This document shows, piece by piece, positions 35,629 through 45,288 of a stretch of 64,000 nt of DNA. Location: IMG/VR virus record IMGVR_UViG_3300027969_000045; one strand, 5' to 3'. Numbering within the stretch: the first letter of the stretch is position 1; each line of letters begins with the position of its first letter. The notes beneath the pieces were generated by a model. The model worked only from the letters and a program-made list of their open reading frames with translations. It did no database searches and was not told the DNA's origin. This stretch comes from a virus. Both the position numbers and the translations under genes were made by a program.

Positions 35629-35880
35629 ATGAAAATCATTCACCAAAAATGTGAAAAATCTTTATCTAACAATAAAAGTCTTCCAATTAATTCTTATTTG
35701 GTAGGATACATTCTTGAGGACATTAAATCATATGATATTGTTCAAGCTTCTTCTCAAGTAGAAGTATTTGATTATTATCACGATTTAACTAAAAATGTAC
35801 TTTCAATTGAATGGACAAGTGGTAAAGTAAGTTTAAAAGTTTATGGTTATACAAAACCAGAAGGAAAAAAGAAAAAATAA
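35629..35880 (+). CDS. Hypothetical protein
   Basis: 83-aa ORF. Confidence 0.6.
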   Translation: MKIIHQKCEKSLSNNKSLPINSYLVGYILEDIKSYDIVQASSQVEVFDYYHDLTKNVLSIEWTSGKVSLKVYGYTKPEGKKKK

Positions 35881-35885
35881 GTTAA

Positions 35886-35925
35886 AGGGGGAGGAATTGA
35901 CGGTTCCTCCTTTTTTGTGTATAAT
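35886..35925 (+). promoter_or_regulatory. Terminator hairpin overlapping a sigma70 promoter
   Basis: GGAGGAA-TTGACGG-TTCCTCC plus T-run; TTGACG-17 nt-TATAAT. Confidence 0.75.
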
Positions 35926-35947
35926 GGTAGATGTTAAATTCTAAAAT

Positions 35948-36094
35948 ATGAATAAAGAAAAAGTAAAACTTATCATTAGAAATATGGAATTACTTATTGA
36001 ATCATTAAAGAATGAAATTTTAGATAAAGGAGAACCACAAAAATGTTCTCCGGATACAGATGATTACGATGAAGTTTTTGGAGATTTTGATTAA
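35948..36094 (+). CDS. Small hypothetical protein, 48 aa
   Basis: Manually translated (MNKEKVKLIIRNMELLIESLK...DYDEVF). Confidence 0.6.
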   Translation: MNKEKVKLIIRNMELLIESLKNEILDKGEPQKCSPDTDDYDEVFGDFD

Positions 36095-36255
36095 TGAAAG
36101 CAAAGAAATTAGTTAAGTTGATGAGTAGATTGATTAAGCAGGATCATTTATATTCTCCTGAAAAATTAAAAGAAATGAAATCCCGACTTAGAATGTTAAA
36201 AGAAGAACTAGCAAAACTAGAAGCACAAACATCAAAAGGATTTGGAAAGAAATGA
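36094..36255 (+). CDS. Small hypothetical protein, 53 aa, ending in SKGFG
   Basis: Manually translated; TAATG and ATGA overlaps on either side. Confidence 0.6.
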   Translation: MKAKKLVKLMSRLIKQDHLYSPEKLKEMKSRLRMLKEELAKLEAQTSKGFGKK

Positions 36256-37007
36256 AACCTATTAGAGCAAAAGACCTCCTAGAATTGGATCAAAATATGA
36301 AAGTTGTGATGCTTCGGCAGGCACAACTTCCACAAACTCTGGTTTGGCAGGCAGGAAAGAATGATTACTCTGAGGAACCTATTCATACAATATTTCCACC
36401 AAATGAGAAAGAGTGTGGTAAATGGGTTATTGAGCAACTACTTGCAAATGAGCGTGGGCACTGGGGTCCATTGGAGCACCCTGCGATTACTTTTGATTGT
36501 GTTGGATTTGTTCATAATGTAATTGTTCAGGCACGAACTCATCGTGTTGGAGTAACCTTTGATGTTCAATCTCAACGTTATACCGGTCGTCGTGTTCTAA
36601 AGGTTGCCAAAGGTGAACTGAGACCACAAGAAGTTTTCTATGTGCGTCCAGAAGGTCTTTATCTTGACCGTAAAGGGCACAAGTATGAATGGACTCAGAA
36701 AGACTATGAACGAGAACTTAAGTTCTGTGTAGAGGCATCTGAGCGTTATACGGATCTATTTGAGAATCGTGGTATGGCAGAGGAGCATCTTCGTGATTAT
36801 GTTCAACAGAACATTCGCCAGAACTTTGTGGTTACTTTCTCACTTCGTGCTGCTTTGCACTTTCTTGATCTTCGTGCCAAATTGGACGCACAGGTGGAAA
36901 TTCAGGCACTCTGTGAAGGTATGGTTCCTGTGATTAAAGCATGGGTTCCTGAGATCTTTAGTTATTACGAAGAAAAGAGACTTCATAAAGCTAGATTATC
37001 TCCATAA
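36252..37007 (+). CDS. thyX: Flavin-dependent thymidylate synthase
   Basis: GHWGPLEH and QARTHRVGVTFDVQSQRY ThyX motif; LRA..AQVEIQ. Confidence 0.93.
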   Translation: MKPIRAKDLLELDQNMKVVMLRQAQLPQTLVWQAGKNDYSEEPIHTIFPPNEKECGKWVIEQLLANERGHWGPLEHPAITFDCVGFVHNVIVQARTHRVGVTFDVQSQRYTGRRVLKVAKGELRPQEVFYVRPEGLYLDRKGHKYEWTQKDYERELKFCVEASERYTDLFENRGMAEEHLRDYVQQNIRQNFVVTFSLRAALHFLDLRAKLDAQVEIQALCEGMVPVIKAWVPEIFSYYEEKRLHKARLSP

Positions 37008-37009
37008 AA

Positions 37010-37168
37010 ATGAAAACTTATTGTGTCAAGGACCATCTTACAGGCAAAATATTTAAAATTCTTTTTAGTGAACAAGAATTCTTGGAATTCTTAAAAAAGA
37101 ATCCAGACATAGATGAGTGTGTTGATTGTATAGAATGCGAAGATGCACCATCTATTACGCTAGAATAA
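37010..37168 (+). CDS. Small hypothetical protein, 52 aa
   Basis: Manually translated (MKTYCVKDHLTGKIF...CVDCIEC). Confidence 0.5.
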   Translation: MKTYCVKDHLTGKIFKILFSEQEFLEFLKKNPDIDECVDCIECEDAPSITLE

Positions 37169-37193
37169 ATAATTTTGTAAATAATTGTAAATT

Positions 37194-37433
37194 ATGCCAA
37201 CTTATTATAAAATTCATAAAGAAACTAAAGAGACTCAAACATTCTTTGCTTCATTTAGTGAGCACGATGAATGGACAAAAAATAATCCAGACTGGGAAAC
37301 CGACTGGTCCAAAGGATGTCCTTCTACTGTCAGTCAAGTTGGAGATTTCCAAATGAAGACCGATGGTGGTTGGAATGAAGTATTGCACAAGGTCAGTAAA
37401 ATTCCTGGCAGCAATGTTCGCCCTCATAAGTAA
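37194..37433 (+). CDS. Conserved T4-like small protein upstream of phoH
   Basis: MPTY... and DGGWNEVLHKVSKIPGS motifs. Confidence 0.7.
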   Translation: MPTYYKIHKETKETQTFFASFSEHDEWTKNNPDWETDWSKGCPSTVSQVGDFQMKTDGGWNEVLHKVSKIPGSNVRPHK

Positions 37434-37452
37434 ATCTTAAACTAAAAATACA

Positions 37453-38220
37453 ATGGCACGTAGAAGAAGAAGTACCCAAGAGAATCAAAATCTTGGTGTT
37501 GATAGTAGTATGACTTCTAAGCAAATGAAAAAAAAGAAGCCAATTAATCTAGCTTCTTTAATTGATATTGAACCACTTACTGAAAATCAAAAAAAATTAT
37601 TTGGTTTTTATAGTGAAGGTAAAAATATCTTTGCACACGGAGTTCCTGGATCAGGAAAAACATTTTCGCTTTTGTATAAAGCACTTCAAGATGTATTAGA
37701 TGAAACCTCACCATACGAAAAGATCTATATTGTTCGTTCATTAGTTCAAACAAGAGAGATTGGTTTTATGCCTGGTGGTGAAGATGATAAGAAATCATTA
37801 TTTGAAATTCCATATAAAAATATGGTAAAATATATGTTCCAAATGCCATCTGATGCTGACTTTGAAATGCTTTATGGTAATTTAAAAGCACAAAATACTA
37901 TTTCATTTTGGTGTACTTCTTTCATTCGTGGTATAACACTTGATAATTGTATTATTATTGTAGATGAAGCACAAAACTGTAATGCTCACGAATGTTTTTC
38001 TGTAATCTCAAGAGTTGGTGAGAATGCAAAAATTATGTTTGCAGGTGATGCAGAACAGAGTGATTTGATTAAAACTTCGGAAAGAAATGGAATCATAGAT
38101 TTCATTAAAATTATTGATATTATGCCTTCATTTGAAAGAATTGAATTTGGTGTTGATGATATATGTCGTTCGCAACTAGTTAAAGAATTTGTAATTGCCA
38201 AAAAATCACTTGGTTTGTGA
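37453..38220 (+). CDS. phoH: PhoH-family ATPase
   Basis: PLTENQ, GVPGSGKT (Walker A), REIGFMPG, RGITLD, VDEAQN and GDAEQSD motifs. Confidence 0.92.
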   Translation: MARRRRSTQENQNLGVDSSMTSKQMKKKKPINLASLIDIEPLTENQKKLFGFYSEGKNIFAHGVPGSGKTFSLLYKALQDVLDETSPYEKIYIVRSLVQTREIGFMPGGEDDKKSLFEIPYKNMVKYMFQMPSDADFEMLYGNLKAQNTISFWCTSFIRGITLDNCIIIVDEAQNCNAHECFSVISRVGENAKIMFAGDAEQSDLIKTSERNGIIDFIKIIDIMPSFERIEFGVDDICRSQLVKEFVIAKKSLGL

Positions 38221-38274
38221 AATTAGTTTAAGATTGGTGAAAGAATAAATAAGTATGAAGATATTTTAATTCAT

Positions 38275-38976
38275 ATGTACCATTTCATATATAAAACAAC
38301 TTCTCAATCTGGTTTTTATTATTATGGTAGGCACAGCACCTATAATTTGGATGATGGATATTTGGGTAGTGGTAAGTGGGTAAGATCAATAAAAAATAAA
38401 TCTTCTCTTGCAAAAGAAATTGTTTTATTTTGTCAAACATTTGATGAACTTATTTTGATGGAAAGCGATTATATACAAAAGCACATCAATGATCCAAATT
38501 GTATGAATTTTAATGAAAACCCGATTGGATTTTCATCAATCAATAACCCTAATAAATTATTAAAAGGATCAAAAATTTTGAGTGATAGGACCAAAGGTGA
38601 AAGAAATGGTATGTATGGAAAAAACCATACCGAAAAAGTCAAAGAGCATTTGAGAAAAATGAATAGTGGAGAAAATGGAAATTTTTATGGCAGAAAACAC
38701 ACAGAAGAAGCAAAAGAAAAGATAAGGCAAAAACATATAGGAAGAAAATTTTCCCCCGAAGTAATTGAAAAATTAAAAATGAGATTTCCTGGAACATCTC
38801 ATCCTATGAGTAAATTAAATGAAGAACAAATCATAGAAATTTATAATCTTGCTTGGGGGGGTAATTTGACACAAAAACAAATAGCAGAAATGTTTGATGT
38901 TAGACAGGGCCACGTAACAAAAATAAAAAATGGTAAGTTATGGGGCAATATCACAAAACACAATACTGTGTTATAA
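38275..38976 (+). CDS. Seg-like GIY-YIG homing endonuclease with NUMOD3 repeats and a C-terminal HTH
   Basis: FIYKTT..YYYGRHST..DDGYLGSG; two YG-x-x-HTE repeats; TQKQIAEMFDV. Confidence 0.88.
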   Translation: MYHFIYKTTSQSGFYYYGRHSTYNLDDGYLGSGKWVRSIKNKSSLAKEIVLFCQTFDELILMESDYIQKHINDPNCMNFNENPIGFSSINNPNKLLKGSKILSDRTKGERNGMYGKNHTEKVKEHLRKMNSGENGNFYGRKHTEEAKEKIRQKHIGRKFSPEVIEKLKMRFPGTSHPMSKLNEEQIIEIYNLAWGGNLTQKQIAEMFDVRQGHVTKIKNGKLWGNITKHNTVL

Positions 38977-38998
38977 TAAATTTAAAGTGGGAATGTAA

Positions 38999-39745
38999 AT
39001 GACTAATCCTTGTATTGAAAAATATCTTGAACTCTATCCAGAAAAAAAAGTAGAGAAATCAACTGCTCGCTTTGAGCACGTTGAACTCAATTTGTCTCCT
39101 CTGGATAGAGAAACTATTGATTCGGTGAGATATTATTCTATCCCCAATGGAAATGAGAAACCAACAAAAATGGTTTCCATCACTTCTATAACCAGCCATT
39201 TCAATCGTCAAATCTTTATTGATTGGAGAAGAAAAGTAGGTGATGTAAAAGCAGATGCGATTACTAAAGCAGCAACTACAAGAGGAACAAACTTACATAG
39301 TTTGGTTGAGAATTATATTACCAATCAAGAACTTCCTGAAGTTCCAGAACCTGCTCCTACATTGTTTAAAACAATTGAACCAGCACTTCAAAGAATGAAT
39401 AAAATATATGGAGTAGAAACTGCTCTGTATAGTACTGTGTTGGGTGTTGCTGGTACTTGTGATACCATCGCAGAGTTTGATGAAGAACTTGCGATTATTG
39501 ACTATAAGACTTCTGCAAAACCAAAACCTCGGGAGTGGATTGAAAACTATTTCGTTCAGGCGATGTTTTATGGTATGGCTCTTTTTGAAAGAACTGGATT
39601 TCAAGTAAAGAAACTTGTCATCATTATGGCTTGTGAAAATGGAAAACTTGTTGTTTATGAAGAAAGAGATTTAGAAAAATATATGAAATTAGTTATTAAG
39701 TATATCAAAAAATTCACTAATGATAAGTTGCAAGAATATTCTTGA
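38999..39745 (+). CDS. PD-(D/E)XK exonuclease (Cas4-like exonuclease A of T4-like cyanophages)
   Basis: SITS, RGT-x-x-H, E, AGTCD, IIDYKTS and YFVQ motifs. Confidence 0.88.
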   Translation: MTNPCIEKYLELYPEKKVEKSTARFEHVELNLSPLDRETIDSVRYYSIPNGNEKPTKMVSITSITSHFNRQIFIDWRRKVGDVKADAITKAATTRGTNLHSLVENYITNQELPEVPEPAPTLFKTIEPALQRMNKIYGVETALYSTVLGVAGTCDTIAEFDEELAIIDYKTSAKPKPREWIENYFVQAMFYGMALFERTGFQVKKLVIIMACENGKLVVYEERDLEKYMKLVIKYIKKFTNDKLQEYS

Positions 39746-39770
39746 CAGATTGATTAATTTATCTTATAAT
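39742..39770 (+). promoter_or_regulatory. Sigma70-type promoter
   Basis: TTGACA-17 nt-TATAAT. Confidence 0.8.
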
Positions 39771-39777
39771 AGATATT

Positions 39778-40092
39778 ATGTTATGGTGCCTTATGCCTAA
39801 TCCACTAGAAAGTTTTTTAAATTTAAATCTACCCAGTATGAATGACGAAATAAAAGAAGAATTGAGTAATAAGTTCTTATGTCCTCAAAAATTTGCACAG
39901 GATATTGAGCAAATTGTAAAAATCTCTAAAGTCAATTATATTGATGCTATTGTGTCTTATTGTGAACAGAATAGCATTGAAATTGATACAGTTTCAAAAT
40001 TAGTTTCAAAACCACTCAAAGAAAAATTAAAGTGTGATGCTATTCATTTAAATTTTCTCAAAAAAACCACCAAGGCACGTTTGCCTATATGA
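39778..40092 (+). CDS. gp33: Late-transcription coactivator gp33 (start uncertain, possibly 39838)
   Basis: YIDAIVSYCEQNSIE..KLVSKPLKEKL..LNFL; synteny with gp59 and gp32. Confidence 0.88.
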   Translation: MLWCLMPNPLESFLNLNLPSMNDEIKEELSNKFLCPQKFAQDIEQIVKISKVNYIDAIVSYCEQNSIEIDTVSKLVSKPLKEKLKCDAIHLNFLKKTTKARLPI

Positions 40093-40682
40093 GTCCATTT
40101 GAAGTTTATAAATCATATATTTCTATTAAAAATCATTTCTCCAACCCAAAATATGATTATTTTAAATATGGAGGAAAATCAAGAGTGACTGAAACTTCTT
40201 TCAAAAAAAGAAAAGATATTTACTGGTTTCAGAAAATATCTCGTCAAAAAAACGATGAAGAAATAAAATCTTTCTTTGTTGCTAATTTTGCTGAATGTAA
40301 TGATCCAGAACGATTATGGATCGGTGATATTATTCGTAACGGTGAAGACACATATTCAAATTGGTTAAAGAAATCCCAAAGTTTAACATATTTGTTTAAA
40401 ACTGAATGTGAAGTTTTTATATCAAAAGAAAATTTTGAAAACTTATTTGATTGTAAAAATGGCAATCATCCAGAACTACTTAAAAAGTATCTACAAAAAG
40501 CACTTACATTAGAAACCTTGGTTATTTTAAATATGATTTTGAATTATGTAAAAGATTTTGATAAAAAAATGAATGATCCTGTGTGGGAAATGATGAGTTT
40601 AAAAATTCAGAAGTACCAATGCTTCCTAAATATTGATGTGGCAGGATATAAGAACATCCTCAAGGAGATTGTTTATGAGTAA
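40089..40682 (+). CDS. gp59: Helicase loader gp59
   Basis: Y..IKNHF...YDYFKYGGK, F.KRKD.YWF and ETLVIL motifs. Confidence 0.9.
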   Translation: MSPFEVYKSYISIKNHFSNPKYDYFKYGGKSRVTETSFKKRKDIYWFQKISRQKNDEEIKSFFVANFAECNDPERLWIGDIIRNGEDTYSNWLKKSQSLTYLFKTECEVFISKENFENLFDCKNGNHPELLKKYLQKALTLETLVILNMILNYVKDFDKKMNDPVWEMMSLKIQKYQCFLNIDVAGYKNILKEIVYE

Positions 40683-41007
40683 GTTTTTTGACTCCGAATT
40701 AGTCAGAGAATCTTTGATAGAACTAGACCAATTGCAAGAAAAGCTTTTTAATCAATTGTACGATCTTCCTTCTTCTACAAAAGAAAAGAAGAAGGAACAT
40801 TTGGATACAATGAGAGAATTTTTAGAAAAACAAAAATTGTTTATTTTTAGAATGTCTCTTTCTGAAGATCCAGAAGCAGTAAAAATGAAAGAAAAAATCA
40901 CTCAATCCGCTCAACTTTTTGGATTTAATCCAGAAAAAGGATTAAGCGTTTTCTTTGAGCAATTAGAAAATACTATCAATAAACTTGAAAAATCACTTGA
41001 CGACTGA
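40675..41007 (+). CDS. Conserved cyanobacterial/cyanophage protein (DUF1825-like)
   Basis: FFDSELV..LEKQK.F.FRMSLSEDPEA; start at ATG 40675. Confidence 0.75.
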   Translation: MSKFFDSELVRESLIELDQLQEKLFNQLYDLPSSTKEKKKEHLDTMREFLEKQKLFIFRMSLSEDPEAVKMKEKITQSAQLFGFNPEKGLSVFFEQLENTINKLEKSLDD

Positions 41008-41025
41008 CTTTATATCTGCTATACT
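40997..41025 (+). promoter_or_regulatory. Sigma70-type promoter for gp32
   Basis: TTGACG-17 nt-TATACT. Confidence 0.75.
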
Positions 41026-41068
41026 TAAAAAGTCCAATCCAAAACATCCAATTTATCCAAAAAATCTT

Positions 41069-41971
41069 ATGTCATTCGCAAACTTAAAAAAACAATCCAA
41101 ACTTGGTTCTTTAACCGAAAAACTAGTCAAAGAAGTTGAAAAACTGAATAGTGCTGGTTCTTCTGAAGATGATCGTTATTGGAAATTGACCACAGATAAG
41201 AGCCAAAATGGTTATGCCGTTATTCGCTTTCTTCCTGCTCCAAACGGTGAAGATCTGCCATTTGTGAAGCTCTATTCTCACGCATTCCAAGGTTCTGGTG
41301 GATGGTTGATTGATAATTGTGTTACGACACTCGGTCAACAATGTCCTATCTGTGAGCACAACTCTGGTCTCTGGAATTCAGGAATTGACGCAAACAAAGA
41401 GATTGCTCGTAAGCAGAAAAGAAAACTGACTTACATTAGCAACATCTATGTTGTAAAAGATCCATCTAATCCTGAAAATGAAGGTAAAAATTTCCTTTAT
41501 AAGTATGGTAAAAAAATCTTTGATAAGATCTCTGCCGCTATGAAGCCAGAGTTTGAAGATGAAACTCCTATTGATCCATTTGATTTCTGGCAGGGTGCTA
41601 ACTTCAAACTGAAGGCAAAGAACGTTGCTGGTTATCGTAATTATGATTCTAGTGAGTTTGCTTCTTCTGGTGCTCTTCTAGATAATGATGATGAACTGGA
41701 AGCAATCTGGAAGCAAGAGTTTTCTCTTGCTGAACTTGTTGCTAACGATCAGTTCAAGTCTTATGATGATTTGAAGAAGCGTCTTTCTTCTGTTCTTGGA
41801 ACTAAAGGTGCTCGCACCCAAGACCCAGAAACAGTATCAGAAGAAGATGAGTATGAGGTAGAGCGTTCAACGAAGAGTACTTCTTCTTTTAGTTCTTCGT
41901 CTAGTTCTAGTTCTGATGATGAGGATGATGATGAAGCACTTTCATACTTCTCAAAGCTTGCTAACTCCTGA
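41069..41971 (+). CDS. gp32: Single-stranded DNA-binding protein gp32
   Basis: MSFANLKK, GYAVIRFLP, HAF, CPIC, YGKKIFDKI, PFDFWQGANFKLK and RNYD motifs; acidic tail. Confidence 0.95.
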   Translation: MSFANLKKQSKLGSLTEKLVKEVEKLNSAGSSEDDRYWKLTTDKSQNGYAVIRFLPAPNGEDLPFVKLYSHAFQGSGGWLIDNCVTTLGQQCPICEHNSGLWNSGIDANKEIARKQKRKLTYISNIYVVKDPSNPENEGKNFLYKYGKKIFDKISAAMKPEFEDETPIDPFDFWQGANFKLKAKNVAGYRNYDSSEFASSGALLDNDDELEAIWKQEFSLAELVANDQFKSYDDLKKRLSSVLGTKGARTQDPETVSEEDEYEVERSTKSTSSFSSSSSSSSDDEDDDEALSYFSKLANS

Positions 41972-41998
41972 TTTCAAAATCAACTTTTAATTACCTTT

Positions 41999-42029
41999 AT
42001 CCCCGGAAAAAATCTCCGGGGATTTTTTT
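41999..42029. terminator. Terminator hairpin between the convergent gp32 and gp53 genes
   Basis: ATCCCCGGA...TCCGGGGAT plus T-run. Confidence 0.8.
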
Positions 42030-42042
42030 GTCTGTAGGGTTT

Positions 42043-42702
42043 TTATACGCCTGTTAGATTTGGATTATAAGATTGTTTAGTAGTTTGATTGACATATTGT
42101 GAAGATTGGTCATATTTCATTATATTTCTTAAATCTGTAATCACTGCCGATAGATATGCTGGTTTTAATACTCTTATCTTTCTTTTTTCTTCGTTGATAT
42201 TAGTTTCATACTCGTAGTTTGTTACTTGCTTCACGGGCGAAATAGTGGATAAAGTATTATCAAATTTAGTATAAGTAACTGTAAAATTTGAATCTACTTG
42301 AAGTCCAGAAGGCACCACAAGGCGATCATATTCATCCTTAACTTCAATAGTTTCATAATGATGAATGGATGATAGTGATTGTTCTGTGCCATACTTATCA
42401 AGCATATAATTGTATAGATCATTATTACTCAAAGGCCACTGTTCTCTTACATTTGTGATATTGTTAGTAATTAGAATAACCCAATCAAGTTCTGGGTCAT
42501 TATAAAGTTTAGAAGCAACTACTTCTGGTCTTTGATTATCTTCTACTTGATAATAATTGAAAGCAGTAATAATATTAACTATATCTGTCCTTAACTTTGC
42601 CCTTTTGAAGAGATTTTTGACAGTAATATATTCTTCGTTTGAACTTACGTCAGGCAAACGAGAAATATATGAGATATTTGGAATTTCTCTAAAATATGCC
42701 AT
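42043..42702 (-). CDS. gp53: Baseplate wedge subunit gp53
   Basis: YF..PN, RPE.VA.KLY.D.ELDWVIL..N, WPL, HHYE and YE...NEEKRKI motifs. Confidence 0.9.
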   Translation of the reverse strand: MAYFREIPNISYISRLPDVSSNEEYITVKNLFKRAKLRTDIVNIITAFNYYQVEDNQRPEVVASKLYNDPELDWVILITNNITNVREQWPLSNNDLYNYMLDKYGTEQSLSSIHHYETIEVKDEYDRLVVPSGLQVDSNFTVTYTKFDNTLSTISPVKQVTNYEYETNINEEKRKIRVLKPAYLSAVITDLRNIMKYDQSSQYVNQTTKQSYNPNLTGV

Positions 42703-42703
42703 T

Positions 42704-44278
42704 TTAGTATCCTACCTCATCATCTGTGATTTGGTAAAGATCACCAAGAGGGTTTTTATCTGCATTTCTTTCATCTTCAACATTACTTTGATAATCAGTA
42801 TCATAAACTGGTTCAAGTTCTTTAAATGACATATTCATAATCACAGATACTGGTTGCCCTTCATCATATGCCGCCCAGTTTCCATCGGCAGCATAATTCA
42901 TAGCAAATCCAGTTAAAGCGCAAGTTTTGATACGATTTACGCCTTTGATTGTTTTCCCCCCAGTAGTCTTATATTGTAATTGAAAAACATTTGGCGTTCC
43001 CAAGAAATATGATTGAGCACCAGCAGAACCACCACCAGAGATTGAACTTATTTTTTTTGCTGCCATTCCTTGCTTAAAAAATCTTATAATATTGTTTATT
43101 ATTTTTGCTTCACTGCTACTTCTTGGACTCATTCTATATTGAAATGTAAATTCTCTTAATGTTGGAGCATTGAATAGAAGTTCAAGGTTGCTATTTGGAA
43201 CAATTCCATAACCTCTTGCTAAAATACTTTCTGGTGATACACTAACACCAAGCATTCCAAGTACTTGGGAATTTAATGTCCCTCCAAGTAAGGTTTTCAT
43301 TGCTGGAGTTGCTCCTGTTTTAAATGCTTCCATACCTGCTAGAGCACCAAGGAATGATGCTATTTGTGCTGCTCCACCACCAATGCCAGCAGCAGAAGCC
43401 AATGCTCTTAAACCTGCTGCTCCTCCTAACGTTTTTAATGGATCATTTGTAACATATGATGTCAGCGCAGCACTTAAATTATTCATATTATCATCTGCCC
43501 AAGAAACATTATTAGAATCAGTTATGTTATTTGGCATAGGAAGATTTACCATACCCAATAAATCTTTTAAGGGTGATGTTCGTTTAGAACCATTTCGTAA
43601 AGTATCTAAAGCATCTCCAAATATATCATTACTTCTTGGTGGTTTATAACTGTATTGTGCTATTGATAGATGATCTTGGGTTTTATTATATAAAGCATCT
43701 TCTGGGTAGTTCAATAACGGCATTTTTTTGATTACATCATCTACTTTGCCAAATTCAAATTTTAAATCTTTGTCTAGTTTTAATGTATCAACATCAACAC
43801 CTATTTTTTTTAGAATTGGACCGAGAACATCAACAGTTATATTTGCATCTAATATAGAACTTTCTGATGATGGTGTTTTTGATAAATTAGGGTCTATTGA
43901 AGGTGCAGACGTGATTAAACCCGCAGAAGATGCTTTTTGATTGAAAGTTTCAATCATTCTAGATTTTAGATGATTGATATTATCTGGATTTATGGGAAAT
44001 CCAGCATTAGCATCACCACCATCCGCTAATTCTTGAATTGTATTATATTGTCGTCTTTTTTTTCCCGTATCATCAAAAGATGCATATGTCACTTTTCCGT
44101 CAGTTTGAATTGCATAAAAAATTCTATCTTTTGCTGGACCACTAGCAAAAATTGAAGTATAACCATCAGGAAGACTTGGAGAAATAGTGGTCAGTTTGTC
44201 GCCATCCGCCAATACTACTGGGCCATTTCCTATTTTGTCTTTTCCTGGTCTCCAAACTGTACCTTGTGGTGTTGCCAT
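42704..44278 (-). CDS. gp48: Baseplate tail-tube cap gp48
   Basis: LPMP, ELLF..PTLREF.F, PRS..EA..I..IIRFFK and F.ELEP motifs; synteny. Confidence 0.85.
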   Translation of the reverse strand: MATPQGTVWRPGKDKIGNGPVVLADGDKLTTISPSLPDGYTSIFASGPAKDRIFYAIQTDGKVTYASFDDTGKKRRQYNTIQELADGGDANAGFPINPDNINHLKSRMIETFNQKASSAGLITSAPSIDPNLSKTPSSESSILDANITVDVLGPILKKIGVDVDTLKLDKDLKFEFGKVDDVIKKMPLLNYPEDALYNKTQDHLSIAQYSYKPPRSNDIFGDALDTLRNGSKRTSPLKDLLGMVNLPMPNNITDSNNVSWADDNMNNLSAALTSYVTNDPLKTLGGAAGLRALASAAGIGGGAAQIASFLGALAGMEAFKTGATPAMKTLLGGTLNSQVLGMLGVSVSPESILARGYGIVPNSNLELLFNAPTLREFTFQYRMSPRSSSEAKIINNIIRFFKQGMAAKKISSISGGGSAGAQSYFLGTPNVFQLQYKTTGGKTIKGVNRIKTCALTGFAMNYAADGNWAAYDEGQPVSVIMNMSFKELEPVYDTDYQSNVEDERNADKNPLGDLYQITDDEVGY

Positions 44279-44280
44279 AT

Positions 44281-44796
44281 TTATGGTGCCGATGAGTTAT
44301 CTGGATAATCCCAAACTTTGGATTTGAATACTGGTTGTCCTCTTTTATCTACAAATCTTTCGGTGGGAAGTAAAGAAACTCCTCTCCATTCACTTTCGGG
44401 TACTTTAAAAAAATGACTAGTTACACCAGAAAAAAGATAATTATGCAAAGTCTTTCTTGGTGCATTCACATTTCCTGATTTATTTATGTAAGAAGCGGCA
44501 ATACCTCCACGATATTGTGGATTTAGATAATGAAGATTAGAACCAAAGAATATTCCAGATTTTGTGTCAATACTTATAATATAAGTAAGTGGTTGCATAT
44601 CCCAGAATTTGTATTTTTGGGGATATTTTGCCGAATACATAAAAAATACCAAATCTCCCGGCGAAATAAAATTTGTATCAATTTCACTAGAATCCTCATT
44701 TTGATATCTTGCTAACTCATTCATCAATCTGTTTGTATACCAGTTAGTGGACCAACGTTTCGTTCCCGCCTCTTTGAGTATTTTTTCTGCGATCAT
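44281..44796 (-). CDS. gp2: DNA end-protector protein gp2
   Basis: G..FF.Y.AK, WD..PL, G.NLHYL and LPTE.F motifs; start at ATG 44796. Confidence 0.85.
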   Translation of the reverse strand: MIAEKILKEAGTKRWSTNWYTNRLMNELARYQNEDSSEIDTNFISPGDLVFFMYSAKYPQKYKFWDMQPLTYIISIDTKSGIFFGSNLHYLNPQYRGGIAASYINKSGNVNAPRKTLHNYLFSGVTSHFFKVPESEWRGVSLLPTERFVDKRGQPVFKSKVWDYPDNSSAP

Positions 44797-45257
44797 ATTT
44801 CTATGCCTAATTGTTCTTCTGTGAATATGCGGAATTCCCATCCCCTATCAGCACAATATTCCTTACAAGCATTCCATTTTGCTTGATTGGTGACCCAAGT
44901 TTTTACTGAATATGCCCAAGATTTTGTTCTTCTTTTTGGAGTTCTTTGTGGTTCTTTCAAGTCCTTTGCTGGTTTAATTTCAATTACCACGATTCTAATA
45001 TTTTCGTCTTTGTCTTTGTATTTCAATTTCATATCTGGAAAATATCTATGGGTTTTATTGTCTATTGGGGAAACATATGGAACCCAAAATTCTTCACTCT
45101 GGTAAGATATAACATTTTCAGTCAAATCGCAATATTGAAACATTTTTAATTCATAAGATGAACGATATATTATATTTGTTGGATCTCCATTGTATTTTTG
45201 AGGATTTTTGGGTTTAAATTTTCCTTGATGGTATCCACTATCTTCGTTACGGGGCAT
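44793..45257 (-). CDS. gp4: Head completion nuclease gp4 (TnsA-like)
   Basis: PKNPQKY.GDPTNIIYRSSYE, HRYFPD, EIKP, NQAKW and TE motifs. Confidence 0.93.
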   Translation of the reverse strand: MPRNEDSGYHQGKFKPKNPQKYNGDPTNIIYRSSYELKMFQYCDLTENVISYQSEEFWVPYVSPIDNKTHRYFPDMKLKYKDKDENIRIVVIEIKPAKDLKEPQRTPKRRTKSWAYSVKTWVTNQAKWNACKEYCADRGWEFRIFTEEQLGIEI

Positions 45258-45288
45258 ACATAGTATATAATCGTATACGCTTATTTAG

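Noticed and set aside
38999-39745. Cas4 or CRISPR association
   Set aside because: This is the standard T4-like cyanophage exonuclease; no repeat-spacer array or other cas genes are present in the window
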